Source: Eukaryota sp. TZLM1-RC
Taxonomy: Eukaryota > Protista > Metamonada: BaSk clade
Assembly: GCA_040285825.1 (NCBI GenBank)
Contig: JAUPSS010000004.1
Location: 186,001 to 250,000 of the forward strand
DNA: 64,000 nucleotides
Reading direction: 5' to 3'
Shown: positions 14,201 to 23,766 of the stretch, one piece after another
Position numbering within the stretch: the first letter of the stretch is position 1
Layout: every line of letters starts with the position of its first letter
The notes under the pieces: generated by a model
The model's database searches: none
What the model was told of the DNA's origin: nothing
The model's input: only the letters and a program-made list of their open reading frames with translations
Translations under genes and position numbers: made by a program

Positions 14201-17200
14201 TTTCAATACTGGATCATTACCAATCAAATTTTCAATCAAATCATCACAAGATGAACATTTCTCCATTCTTCCCAAATTTGGTTCAATCAGATCAGGTGGC
14301 TCAATCAATTTTTCAATCAAATTTAAATCAAAACTTCCTGGAATTTTTCACAATTTTTTCAAAATTTGCATAAACCAATTCCACGAATCAGTTCTTTATT
14401 GTCACGTTAGTTGCCTGTATCCACGGGTTTTTACCTCCCTGCCCCTCAACAATCAAATCAATGACGTCACCAATCCTCTTGATTTGATTGAAAAGGAAGC
14501 TTGTCAATCATTAACTAAATTGGAAAGTTTTTATGGAGATGAATTGATGGGTGATCCATATTTTTCAATTTTTTATGATTTGCCCTTTGTTTCTCCAAAA
14601 TTTGGAATTGATCTTGACTTAAACGATATGCTTGTCAGAGCTCAAATGGAAACGTCATTGTTAGGTCATCAGATCAAAAGTCAAGCAAAGTCTTTATTTT
14701 TACTATCATATTTGATTGACTTTGGCAGTTTAGCACCTGGAAATGATAAAACCGTCGAATTTTTACTAACAAACACTGGTTTTTCGCCAATTTCATTAAA
14801 CTTTACCCCTAAATCTATAGGACATTCAGCAATTACTATTTCACCTGAAAGAGTTACAAAACTACCAGTAAATGATAGTATCCTATTAAAAGCAAGTTTA
14901 AATACTAGGAATTTATTAACTGCTGAATCGAAATCACGTCAACATTCACGTCATCAATCACGTTTGTCGACAAGGTCAATAAAAGAAAGCAGTTTTGAGC
15001 TTGATTACGAGCAAATTTTTGGATTAACTGGTAATTTCCGGTTTTCATTACTTTTCAAAGCCATTGTTGCTCCTCCGACTGTCACTATTGAATCACAATT
15101 GATTGATTTCGGTTCAGTTTCCTTTGGTTTTGGTCGGGAACTTTCTGAGGTAGTTTTGGTTAATTCGTCCAACATTCCCGCTAATTTCTCCTTTTCTATA
15201 AATAACCATCAATTTGATTTGATTGATTGCCCATTTCAACCCAATTTACCCCGAAAAAAGATCATTGGAAATTCCTTTGTCCCAGGATTTAGCCTAAACC
15301 CTAACCAAACCCCAATCATACCATCTCATTCCAAGGTGTCTCTTCCATTTAGGTTCCAACCATTGTTATGTGGCTCGTATAAGGCGGTGGTAAGTATCAA
15401 AGTCAATGGTGTGTTGATTGGTGATGTGGATTTGATTGGAAGGTCAGAAAGCGTGGAGATTTCTCTTGACCGTGATGTGATTGATTATGGTAGTTTTGAG
15501 CAGTTGCCTGATGAATTTCCTCGACAGACGATCAGGGTTAGAAACCCTGCCAATCAATCAATCCAATTGGTGTTCCCGAATAGGAAGGAAGAGCTCACTG
15601 AACTTATTTCTGATTCTGCACAACCAAAATTCTCTGAACTGAAATTTTCCCCATTAGAAGATAAAAATGAGCCTGAAATCAAGGATGAAGACTTGGTTGA
15701 AGATGATGAAAATTTGAAAAATCCAAATTTTGAAGAAGAGATCATTGATGACGTGGAGCTATCAGACTATGACGTCATTGATGATTTGGTAAATCCAGCC
15801 ACTGATCCTTCAATTTTCAAACTAACTGTACCTCTTTCTTCTTTTTATTTACCTGAAACTCCTTTTTTTAATGTTTTGGTCAAGAATCCTAATTATGTCC
15901 CTCCGACTAAAGGGAAAAGATCCAAAAGTACCGAGTTAATTCATAATTCCAATAAACAGGAGTTTATTCAAGTTAAGTCAATTGATGTAGAAGCTAATTC
16001 TGAAATTGAGTTATTAGTAAATGTAGATGTCAATGAAGTTTGTAATAACTTCAATTCCACAATTAATCCAAAGAGTTTTGGAAAAATTGGGTTGTTTTTG
16101 AAAGATTTCCCTGTAGAGCCTGTCAGCGTTGACTTACAAGCCGAAATTTTGGTTGATGAGCCAGATTCTGACCCCAAAGAGCTCATTGAAGAGGAAAGTG
16201 TTCCGAAAGGCCAAAATTTGGAAATTCTGGCAGATTCTCTAGATTTCAAACGCTTTTTGACTAGATCTTCATCAAGAGCGACTTTGTCAATCAAAAATCC
16301 AATCAAATCACGTGTCATGGTCAACTTTACTCCTAATGAAGACATTGAAAGTTTGCTCACATTTCCCAAGTCACTTCAATTAAACCCTCTTGAAACCAAA
16401 CATATTCAATTAGTTTTTAACTCCCATGAACCAATCAAATTTGATAGTTTCCTTTCCATTTGTGCCAGTTCTGAAGCCATTCTTCCTTTTGAGCAAGAAT
16501 ACCAGGTACAGTTGATGGGTGAAGCTTTTGATCTAAATGTTGCAATTTCCCTTCTCGGCAACAGTCAAAATCAAGAACAATCAGCAATCAGTCTGATTGA
16601 TTTTGGTCACGTCACTGTCGGAGAAACCAGGTTATCAACTGTCTCAATCAAAAATCAAGGGCTTTATTCCGTTTCAGGCAAGTTTACCTTTAAAAAGCAG
16701 TTTAAATCCTTCACAATAACACCAGGTTCATTTCAACTTGGTTCAAATGAAAGTATTGATGTTTATGTTAAATTTGAATCAAGAAAAATTGGAAAATTAT
16801 CAAATTCTCCTTTTATATCCTTATTTTTGTCTGATTTGGAAACAGGAATTGCTGTCACTCCGATAGATTTCAACGTTTCTTTGAATTCTACAGTGCCCTC
16901 ATATATGATTGACAATCAACATGTCGATTTTGGGGTTAATTACCCTTGTTCGACTGTCACTGAAGAAGTAAAGATCACAAACACGTCAACTGTAGACTTT
17001 TTGATCTCTTTTAGTTTCAATTCTGACCTTAATGATAAATTTGACATCAAACCACCGGAAATTACCCCTCCACAGTCAACAAAACCTAAAGACAAACCAA
17101 AGTCTGCCTCGAAAAAGAAGGGAAATTCAAGGCCACCTTCCAGAATTGAAAAGGAAAAAGTTGCTGATAATAAATCATTGGTTTCTTTGGATGGCGTAGG

Positions 17201-19559
17201 TCAGTTTAATTATGATTCATTTGAGGATCGAACAGAGCTCAGTGACGAAATTTTCAGCGTGTCACAGTCCAGTGTTGTTTTAAAACCTGGTCAGTCTGAA
17301 ATATTTAAAATTTCATTCTCAAGTGATACCCCCGTCGAGCAGAGATCAAGCAAGCTTTACTTCAAAATTTCACATTTACAATTAGATTTTATTACATTGT
17401 CAGGAGTCGTTGACATTCCCAAAATTTCAAGCAACCCATCTGATCTCTCTTTGAAAATTCCAGTTTTCCATTCAATTCCTTCGAAAAATTTACATTCTGA
17501 ATTTTTATTTGCAGAAGATAATTCAATCTATTTCAATCCTGTTTTGGTTAATTTTAAAAATCAGTTTTCCTGTTTTGATTTAATTTCCAAATTCAGTTTA
17601 AATTCGACTACTTCGAAAATTAATTTATCATTGGTTAATACATCAAAAGTTTGTGCGAAAATTAAACCAATAATTACTGCTGAAAAAACCAAATCAAAAG
17701 GGTCAGATGGTGCGGTTTTTAACTGTCAATCAGAACCAATCATAATTGACTCCCAATCAGTTGCTGATTTTGTTGTTTCCTTTACTCCTTCTTTAGTTGG
17801 TGAATTTAATGGAGAATTAGTTTTAAACTATGTTGATGAGGAAAAACGGTTTTCGCAGTGTCAAGAGTTACTGACACCTCCAAAATTTAAACTTTTTGGC
17901 CGTTGTCTCAGCCCAAAATTTCAGATTTTATACAAAGATTCTCCAATTCAAGTTGGTGGGAAGAAACCCTTTGAATTGTCATTTCCCAAAATTTCAGTTT
18001 CCAATTCACAGAGCTCAAAACTCACTGTAGAGTCGATAAATGAAGTGCCAGTAATCGTGTCATTAAGAATACGGTCAAAAGAAGGTCATAATCCATTCTC
18101 ATTGGGTCAGAATTCAGAAGAAACGGTTATTAATCCATTGACATCTGTTGACTTTTCTATAGTTTTTGCACCACAACAAGAAGGAACTTTTTCCTGTGAG
18201 CTTGAGATTGTCATTCACGGCACTGACGAGACCAAAATTTTGAAACTTATTGGAGAGGCTTATAATTCTGATCTCTTCTTTGAAAATTTGACTAGCACTG
18301 ACGATTTGATAATCGGTGACCTGGCTTTGGGAAATTCAACTGAAAAATCTTTCAATTTAGTTAACAAGGCTCTCAAACCAATCAGATATTCTATTGATAA
18401 TTCCAGTCTGAGGGACAACTTTTTCCAGACACACCCTTTAAATGGTCATTTGTTGCCTCGGAGTAAGAAATCAGTTTCGGTCGTATTTCACCCTGAGGAT
18501 ACTATTCAAATCGAAAAGTTGCCTGTTTCAATCAAATGGTCGACGATTGACCTTGATGACGATTACAGTTTCCGATCTGAACATGGACCTGGCTGGGATT
18601 CAACATTAACAGAACCAAAATTAATGACTAAAGCTCAATATGATGACATCATCAGTGGTCAAGAACCAAAGAAAAAGAAGGAAAGACCAAAATCAAGATC
18701 AAAAATGATCGCGTCATCAGGCCAGAATCCTGAAGACCAATCAGTTCATTGCTTTGATGTTCCAATCATTGAACCACACCACTCAATTGTTGGTAAATTG
18801 ACTTCTCTTGACTTTTATCTAACTGCTGCCGCTGATGAGGGTCGCTACGAGTGTTCTCTATCAAAGTCAATAAGATTCAAAGAGACGATGCTGTTTCAGA
18901 CTAGAATATTTGAATTTTCAATCAAAAACATTTCCAAGATTTCTCTACCATTCACTTGGCATTTTTATGATTCCAATGACCGTGAAGATGCTCAATACTA
19001 TACTATATCGCCTTCAACCGGATCAATTAAACCAAATTCTGATTGTAAATTCACTTTAAGATTTTGTCCAACTGCGATGGAATCCTCTTTCCTCAGAAAT
19101 TTGGTTGCTTCAATCCCTAATTTAGCATTAGATTGCGTACCTCCAGTTTTCAGTATTAATGGTTCTGCCTCTAGACCTGTTTGCTATTTTGATTTATCTC
19201 CATTAGACCAAAATTCAGAAACCTTTCAACAAGTTTCTGCCGGAAAACAAGGCTATCACGTGATTTTGATTGAAAATAAGGCTACGACTGCCAATTCTGC
19301 TTCTTTTTATGTAATGAATCCCACTGAAACTGATTATGAATTTGTTTGGGAGTTTGAAAAAGATGGTAATTCTGAAATACAATGCCAGAATAAGAGAGGA
19401 GTCATCCAAAAAGGAAGGAAGTCCAAAATGACGTTTGTTTTTGAACCAATCAATAGGGTTGGAGTGGTTGAAAAGGTGTTTAAATTTTGTATACCAAAAA
19501 AAGAAATAAGTGAACCTTTTTTGGTCAGAGGAGAAGCAAAAGGTAATTTGTTGAAATAA
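11259..19559 (+). CDS. HYDIN: Hydin-like central-pair protein (tandem ASH/Ig-like domains), 2766 aa from first ATG
   Basis: Many ASH-domain repeats (IDFG..., xNxS/G, FSISP) and Hydin-like C-terminal motifs FKETMLFQTRIFEF, FYVMNPTETDYEFVW, PFLVRGEA. First in-frame ATG at 11259. Confidence 0.8.
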   Translation: MELDISDSLVQCPECYISKESLTSFTLTNTSLRKINFTFHQHPSEEADTKAYEQLISNDSLLSPEEASLFNHPHFSVSPLHGTLYPHSSLQVVVTFKPDYEGDHETTLYCSTDSPQSPNVTSSFHKTSISDPHPRVAVTIFGSGIVPNISLSNSLLNLEKVTWSSSTQFELRFMNPCPVDAELLSKSQGKSTESRDVFELLEFESENFVVPAESGLVLSGQYCSSILGNFETVHDWCIKGSKRTVSLKVKGMVTSPSLKIDTDLIDFDFCSLGFPASQSFTLTNSSPITLNLDLSIKNDGSLLRKEFDLSDSIVTLQPNEFCKIKLKYLPQKEGILDNMLVIKSNNLSLLEVAIKGNVVVPMLEVNPGELIIKDIFIRKTERTYFKIVNPNNLYSRFEIVPPPKALSNLNKLEFSTVSGVVPPNQSILIDLDVTSFTRGIHSLCFYVVCSKSCGQAKSSDDVAEGQNSDGLRFQVPVTIESSGPLISVDQESISFGKIPVLNEYSKTLKITNSAPIQAKLSAYLEGKSTKKTSVDPFLLSEQEFIIPPNTTSSLDILALISDPLPVSDLLVLTFEDADDINLPISARGTGVSLYFPDLELVDCQSNVDFGHCFTNNPIEYYLKAENRGSVNQTVSWTVKSNQSNDQSDSVFSISPARVSLEPLHFQIFKIVGVSSTCQLSRSQLICSSSSTKNPPQVGLNLNLSADFIIPKVSISQKTLDFTSFWTFNIESDGFPLLHLLLKFVNSCPIAISCRPTLPLIPGLGINPSNEGFFELQPGQSIEFSIIFDPNQLAVAKKGIYISDFVYILYQNHSRKDKIPLNIVIEFPNLVFENLNIDFGGCTPNISANRTQTVKNESNCELSAEFCLVSESNDGLIPIHVREKGSVTESTNQKMIRASDVFSISPFRFKLKPFEEKQLNFSFLAPFLGEYNCFVICKIFGTAHQELNLTGFAGETGYHFDCQSVNLGKVLINDTIVKGVKFFNTGSLPIKFSIKSSQDEHFSILPKFGSIRSGGSINFSIKFKSKLPGIFHNFFKICINQFHESVLYCHVSCLYPRVFTSLPLNNQINDVTNPLDLIEKEACQSLTKLESFYGDELMGDPYFSIFYDLPFVSPKFGIDLDLNDMLVRAQMETSLLGHQIKSQAKSLFLLSYLIDFGSLAPGNDKTVEFLLTNTGFSPISLNFTPKSIGHSAITISPERVTKLPVNDSILLKASLNTRNLLTAESKSRQHSRHQSRLSTRSIKESSFELDYEQIFGLTGNFRFSLLFKAIVAPPTVTIESQLIDFGSVSFGFGRELSEVVLVNSSNIPANFSFSINNHQFDLIDCPFQPNLPRKKIIGNSFVPGFSLNPNQTPIIPSHSKVSLPFRFQPLLCGSYKAVVSIKVNGVLIGDVDLIGRSESVEISLDRDVIDYGSFEQLPDEFPRQTIRVRNPANQSIQLVFPNRKEELTELISDSAQPKFSELKFSPLEDKNEPEIKDEDLVEDDENLKNPNFEEEIIDDVELSDYDVIDDLVNPATDPSIFKLTVPLSSFYLPETPFFNVLVKNPNYVPPTKGKRSKSTELIHNSNKQEFIQVKSIDVEANSEIELLVNVDVNEVCNNFNSTINPKSFGKIGLFLKDFPVEPVSVDLQAEILVDEPDSDPKELIEEESVPKGQNLEILADSLDFKRFLTRSSSRATLSIKNPIKSRVMVNFTPNEDIESLLTFPKSLQLNPLETKHIQLVFNSHEPIKFDSFLSICASSEAILPFEQEYQVQLMGEAFDLNVAISLLGNSQNQEQSAISLIDFGHVTVGETRLSTVSIKNQGLYSVSGKFTFKKQFKSFTITPGSFQLGSNESIDVYVKFESRKIGKLSNSPFISLFLSDLETGIAVTPIDFNVSLNSTVPSYMIDNQHVDFGVNYPCSTVTEEVKITNTSTVDFLISFSFNSDLNDKFDIKPPEITPPQSTKPKDKPKSASKKKGNSRPPSRIEKEKVADNKSLVSLDGVGQFNYDSFEDRTELSDEIFSVSQSSVVLKPGQSEIFKISFSSDTPVEQRSSKLYFKISHLQLDFITLSGVVDIPKISSNPSDLSLKIPVFHSIPSKNLHSEFLFAEDNSIYFNPVLVNFKNQFSCFDLISKFSLNSTTSKINLSLVNTSKVCAKIKPIITAEKTKSKGSDGAVFNCQSEPIIIDSQSVADFVVSFTPSLVGEFNGELVLNYVDEEKRFSQCQELLTPPKFKLFGRCLSPKFQILYKDSPIQVGGKKPFELSFPKISVSNSQSSKLTVESINEVPVIVSLRIRSKEGHNPFSLGQNSEETVINPLTSVDFSIVFAPQQEGTFSCELEIVIHGTDETKILKLIGEAYNSDLFFENLTSTDDLIIGDLALGNSTEKSFNLVNKALKPIRYSIDNSSLRDNFFQTHPLNGHLLPRSKKSVSVVFHPEDTIQIEKLPVSIKWSTIDLDDDYSFRSEHGPGWDSTLTEPKLMTKAQYDDIISGQEPKKKKERPKSRSKMIASSGQNPEDQSVHCFDVPIIEPHHSIVGKLTSLDFYLTAAADEGRYECSLSKSIRFKETMLFQTRIFEFSIKNISKISLPFTWHFYDSNDREDAQYYTISPSTGSIKPNSDCKFTLRFCPTAMESSFLRNLVASIPNLALDCVPPVFSINGSASRPVCYFDLSPLDQNSETFQQVSAGKQGYHVILIENKATTANSASFYVMNPTETDYEFVWEFEKDGNSEIQCQNKRGVIQKGRKSKMTFVFEPINRVGVVEKVFKFCIPKKEISEPFLVRGEAKGNLLK

Positions 19560-19717
19560 TTCATTAATAATTTGTAATTTAATTGTAATTTAATAAAATA
19601 TATTAATTTAATTTGAAGTTGTTTTATTTAAATCAAATTGTTTGAAATTGAGAAATACAATTAATATATTACAAAAACCAAAAAATAAATTCCAACAAAC
19701 CCGATCGATCGGGCTTA

Positions 19718-20122
19718 TCAAACAGCAGTACTTGGACGCTTCCTTGAACACTGCTGAGTCAAAAACACTTTACCATAGTCTGCACTTTCCTTCATCACTG
19801 ATTGTAGATTACTTATGCTCTTCCCCAAGCTGAGCACTGGTTTGGGTTCAGAGGAGTTGACAGGCAAAGCAAAGGAAGTGGGTCTGTAAAGGGACGCAAC
19901 GTTAACGTCACGCTTTGATCTTATGTGTTTTCTACATGGCTGCTTATCAAAGGAAAAGCTAAGGGATGATGACGAAGAAAAGACATATCGGCTTTTGGTG
20001 GTTTGGTCAGCAGTGAGTTTATAATGGGAAAGTAGACGGGGTAAGTTATCAAGAAAGTTGCAAGCAGAGCGAGGTCTGTTGATATTCGAAAGAGTGGAAG
20101 GAGCTGAGGAAGGACGGTTCAT
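19718..20122 (-). CDS. Hypothetical Ser/Arg-rich protein (134 aa)
   Basis: ATG-started ORF with host-like composition and repeated RPSSA/RPRSA/RPST motifs; convergent with HYDIN. Confidence 0.55.
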   Translation of the reverse strand: MNRPSSAPSTLSNINRPRSACNFLDNLPRLLSHYKLTADQTTKSRYVFSSSSSLSFSFDKQPCRKHIRSKRDVNVASLYRPTSFALPVNSSEPKPVLSLGKSISNLQSVMKESADYGKVFLTQQCSRKRPSTAV

Positions 20123-20159
20123 TGAGGTGATGCTCTGTATTTAAACTAATAATTTATTA

Positions 20160-20898
20160 TATTTCTTATGTGTTTTAGTTTGTTTTGTTTTGTTTTGTTT
20201 CTTCGTAGAATAAATAAATAAACTTATAATTTTATTTATTCAAAAGCAGAGTATTTATGCAAAAGTGCTTTTATTGGTGGTATGAAAAATATTTTTTGAG
20301 TGGAAACTTCGTTTTGATCATATTCCTTTAAATGAATCACATCCTTTATTAATTTCTCTTGAGAACATGGTGCAGGAACTACCTATTGATGTGTGGAATA
20401 AGTGTTTTCCTTCAAGTTTGCCCTCTGTACCTTCGAGATCTTTTACCAATCTTCATCTTGCTGTTGTGAAATTACAGAAGTCTGTTCTAATTGGTTTTGA
20501 AGACCTGGATTTTTCTAAACGACTTAGTGTGACTAAGATTAATAATCCCGTCTTTGCTGCCTTTTTATCAGACATCCAGAAATGCACTAGTTTAATATCT
20601 CAGCAACCAAGGCCATTTGGTCTTCACTTAACAAATGAAGCATGGAAACAAAACATGCGGTTGAGATTGGGGCTGTATCCAAGTGGTCTTTTGAATAATT
20701 CAGTTTGTATTTGTAACGAAAAACCTACTGCCAATTTCCGTCATATTGTTAGTTGTAAGAAATTTCTTCAATATCGGTCAGTTCTTCATAATGCCGTTCG
20801 TGATGTGACATACGAGATGTTCAAGTGTTACAATTTTAGTTGCAAAGTAGAACCATTGTTGAAGCATTATAGCGATAATAATCTGTTTAATTCACGTC
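20160..20898 (+). mobile_element. CRE-like RLE non-LTR retrotransposon family B, 5'-truncated copy (left part), preceded by a family B 3' tail
   Basis: ORF 20367- encodes CxC...HxxxC zinc finger, HNAVRD and KVEP; it stops at the LTR insertion. 20160-20230 repeats the 3' tail seen at 25560-25620. Confidence 0.8.
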
Positions 20899-21068
20899 TG
20901 TTGGCTTCAGTGCACGGTTTTCCATAAACTTAAATAAAAACAGATGTTTATAGAACGGAGGTAGAAAATCAACAATAAACTAAACAATAACAAATTTAAA
21001 CTAATGATGACGTGATACATCACGTCATACTTTCCGAAATTGGCAAGAGGAGTTTAGCCTGGCTAACA
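20899..21068 (-). repeat. 3' LTR of element 1 (170 bp)
   Basis: Direct repeat of 24964-25132 with imperfect terminal IR tgttggc/gctaaca; contains the perfect IR atgacgtgat-ac-atcacgtcat. Confidence 0.95.
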
Positions 21069-23696
21069 CTGCCTCTTCTTCCTTCTTTTTCGTTGCTTCT
21101 TGGCAGGAGGATCGGATAGTTTCACATAACGGGAATAGGCGGAAGTATTCTTTACGGATGAGACAGGTTGTTTGGTGGTAGTCCCATCAGACCACAAAAC
21201 GGTAGCTAGGTTACTAGAAATGTCGAGAATAGCGTCCAGGAAGGCCTCTCCGGAATCTGCAGCGGCATAGGCATCTAGGACAGCGGGCGGCAAGGAAGAG
21301 TAGCAAGGCTTGATGAGGTGTACTGAGGTCTTCAAAGAAGAGCGGGTAACAGGATTCAGAACAAGGATGGAGCTAGGGGACAGAATCTTCTGTACGGTGT
21401 AGGGTCCAACATAATGACCATGGAGTTTGTCTGGCTTCTCGCGCAGAACAAAGACTCGGTCGTTCACCTGAGGACGATAAGAGGGCTCGGGCATATCAAC
21501 AGTAGATTGATCGAGGGATTGGCCTACAGCTTCCCAGGAAGAGACGAGCTTCTCTGTCAACTTATGCAAGTGTTCGATGAATTCTGGCTTGTCAGCAGGC
21601 AAGGAGTGGGAGGCAAAGGAAGTCAATAACTGGTTGGGCAAGAGGCGAGGAGAGGTGTCGGATCCGAAAATTAGACTATATGGAGAGGCGTTCAGAGCTT
21701 TCCTTTCTTCTGAGTTTAATACCATCTGGCAAAGGGGAACGTAATCAGACCAGTTATGGTAATCGGAGAAGTCGAGCAGCATACGTCCGATGACTTGAAG
21801 AAAGCTTCGGTGTTGGCGTTCTACTAATCCATTGGATTGATGGTAGTGGGGCAAGGATTGGGTATGTTCAACGTTCAGGAATTGGCATAGTAGACCGAAT
21901 ATCTTGTTGGCGAATTTGGGACCGTTATCAGAGTGTATACAACGTGGGGCACCGAAAACGGAGTAAACAGAGGAGATTAGGGAGTTGGCTACGGTTAATG
22001 CTTTAAGGTCTTTCGTAGGAACTAGGATACTGAACTTGGAGAATGCATCAACAAAATGAACGATATATCGGTAACCATAGGAGTCAACGGACAGGAAGCC
22101 AATGGAATCGCAGTGGAGACTTTCAAATGGGCGGCGAACGGAATTCAAACATCCAGTGGAGGAGATCAATGTCTTAGGAACGGGGGCAGTCTTTTGGCAA
22201 GGAATACAAGTATTGACGTGGGTTTGGAGGTCGTTTCGCATGTCGGGCCAGTGGAAGTCAGACTGTTGGAGGGATTTCCAGCATTGAGCGAAAGGAGGAT
22301 GGCCGGCTTCGGTGGATCCGTGAACCAGAAGGAGGATCTTGGATCGAAGAGAAGGCGGAACCAAGATCTTATTGGATTGGGTTAGTTTTAAACCCAATTG
22401 AGGTTCGATCTTACAGTCAACAAACAGAGGGTTACTATCGGAGATCTTTTGTTGTTCCTTGAATAACTTGTCGAGAAATGAACGGGCGGGTGAGTTTCTG
22501 GCTAGGGGATTGCTGATCAAATCGGAACTGGCAGGAGATTCAGATAGGGAATGAACCAGGGAAGCAACGTGGTGAGAGTCGGAATCAGAGGAGATCTCGA
22601 TCATGGCTGAATCGGAACTGAATCTTCGATCATGTTCGTCATCTTCAGACATGAACTGGGAACGGAGGAAACGGGGATGATCAAATACTTCAGGGTGGAG
22701 TTCAAAGATCTCTCTGCGGGTAGGCAAGTGGAAGCGGGAGCTGGGGAGGTAGTAGGCCGGAGAAAGGTCTGGGGAGCGATTGACATTAACGAAGGCCTGA
22801 CGACCATCACTATAATCAATGATATCGAGGACTTTATCTCGTAAAACGAAGTCAAGACGGGAGTGATATTGAGTAGAGCCGTCAAACAGAAGAGAACGGA
22901 TGTCCTCGAAGTGAGAACAAACTTGAGAAGTTTCTAGTATGAACTGAGGTTCTTTTTCGGTTCCGAGGACGGAGTGATAATCCAGCGGCAAATAGTGGTA
23001 GTGAATTCTTCTATCATGAGGGTCTATTTGATGGCCATAAACCATCTCCAGGCATGGAATGGCTATAGGGCAGGGAGTGATCTCGTCATCGTCGTAGTGG
23101 TAGACTGAGTGGATCTCGGGCCTGATTAGGCAAAGGGGAATGAAGGAAGTGATGTCTCGAAATGAGGGTAGAGTATGGTTGGCGTAAAAAGAGTCAGGGA
23201 GAGTTTGATGATCAGTTAAGGCGGGGCGTCTAGAGGAAGGTCTATATATACGAGAGTTCCAATTGGCCTGTTGAACCAAATCATTAACCTTGAAGTTTCT
23301 AGCATATAGACCAAGGGGTTCAGCTTCGGGATCAGTAGGTACGGACACGGGTAGAGGGTCGAAAGCAGCTTTGCCACAATCTCTTGGAGCGAATGTGTTG
23401 TTAAACAGGAATGGCAAATCAGTTGATTGGACGAAGAAGCGAGCAGAAGAGGGAGAGAGTAGTTCGTGAGGTTCGCGATTCAGATTATATTGGATGAAGT
23501 GTTTGCTGGAGTTGAGGTAAGCAGTCACAGAATGCTCAGGACGGAGGGCGGACGGATGATGGGTTCTACGAGCGGTATCAAAGTCAATGTCGTACCAATG
23601 AGGGGAGGAGTGCGTCAGATCGTCGAGGTTCAGGTAATTCCACAGGGGAGATCTAGCCGATCCTCGATGAGTCATCATGCAGCACAGGGCAGGCAC
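21063..23696 (-). CDS. ORF2 of LTR element 1: unknown ~400-aa domain + H2C2 zinc finger + DD(35)E integrase + GPY + chromodomain-like tail + basic NLS
   Basis: HGSTEAGH...CIPC; HCDSIG, HSDNGPKF and NGLVERQH with exactly 35 aa between D and E; YVGPYTV; LDAILD...VLWSDG; KKQRKRRKKR. The frame is open upstream to the Gag end. Confidence 0.9.
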   Translation of the reverse strand: MPALCCMMTHRGSARSPLWNYLNLDDLTHSSPHWYDIDFDTARRTHHPSALRPEHSVTAYLNSSKHFIQYNLNREPHELLSPSSARFFVQSTDLPFLFNNTFAPRDCGKAAFDPLPVSVPTDPEAEPLGLYARNFKVNDLVQQANWNSRIYRPSSRRPALTDHQTLPDSFYANHTLPSFRDITSFIPLCLIRPEIHSVYHYDDDEITPCPIAIPCLEMVYGHQIDPHDRRIHYHYLPLDYHSVLGTEKEPQFILETSQVCSHFEDIRSLLFDGSTQYHSRLDFVLRDKVLDIIDYSDGRQAFVNVNRSPDLSPAYYLPSSRFHLPTRREIFELHPEVFDHPRFLRSQFMSEDDEHDRRFSSDSAMIEISSDSDSHHVASLVHSLSESPASSDLISNPLARNSPARSFLDKLFKEQQKISDSNPLFVDCKIEPQLGLKLTQSNKILVPPSLRSKILLLVHGSTEAGHPPFAQCWKSLQQSDFHWPDMRNDLQTHVNTCIPCQKTAPVPKTLISSTGCLNSVRRPFESLHCDSIGFLSVDSYGYRYIVHFVDAFSKFSILVPTKDLKALTVANSLISSVYSVFGAPRCIHSDNGPKFANKIFGLLCQFLNVEHTQSLPHYHQSNGLVERQHRSFLQVIGRMLLDFSDYHNWSDYVPLCQMVLNSEERKALNASPYSLIFGSDTSPRLLPNQLLTSFASHSLPADKPEFIEHLHKLTEKLVSSWEAVGQSLDQSTVDMPEPSYRPQVNDRVFVLREKPDKLHGHYVGPYTVQKILSPSSILVLNPVTRSSLKTSVHLIKPCYSSLPPAVLDAYAAADSGEAFLDAILDISSNLATVLWSDGTTTKQPVSSVKNTSAYSRYVKLSDPPAKKQRKRRKKRQC
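21069..21091 (-). promoter_or_regulatory. Polypurine tract of LTR element 1
   Basis: gaaaaagaaggaagaagaggcag directly abuts the TG of the 3' LTR on the minus strand. Confidence 0.8.
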
Positions 23697-23766
23697 AGGG
23701 TTGTCAGAGACACTTCTGGTCTTCTTCTCTTCTCTTTCCTTCTTCTTTGGAGTGGTTTCGACATAG

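Noticed and set aside
11328-19564. Short antisense or alternate-frame ORFs within HYDIN (and similarly within other long genes and the LTR element)
   Set aside because: Shadow ORFs of real coding sequence with no independent motifs.
22870-23105. YHYDDD as an RT YxDD motif and LFDGS as an RNase H start in ORF2
   Set aside because: The preceding RT motifs (D..AF, LPQG/MPFG) and the remaining RNase H residues and spacing are not recognisable; only ~70 aa separate the two.
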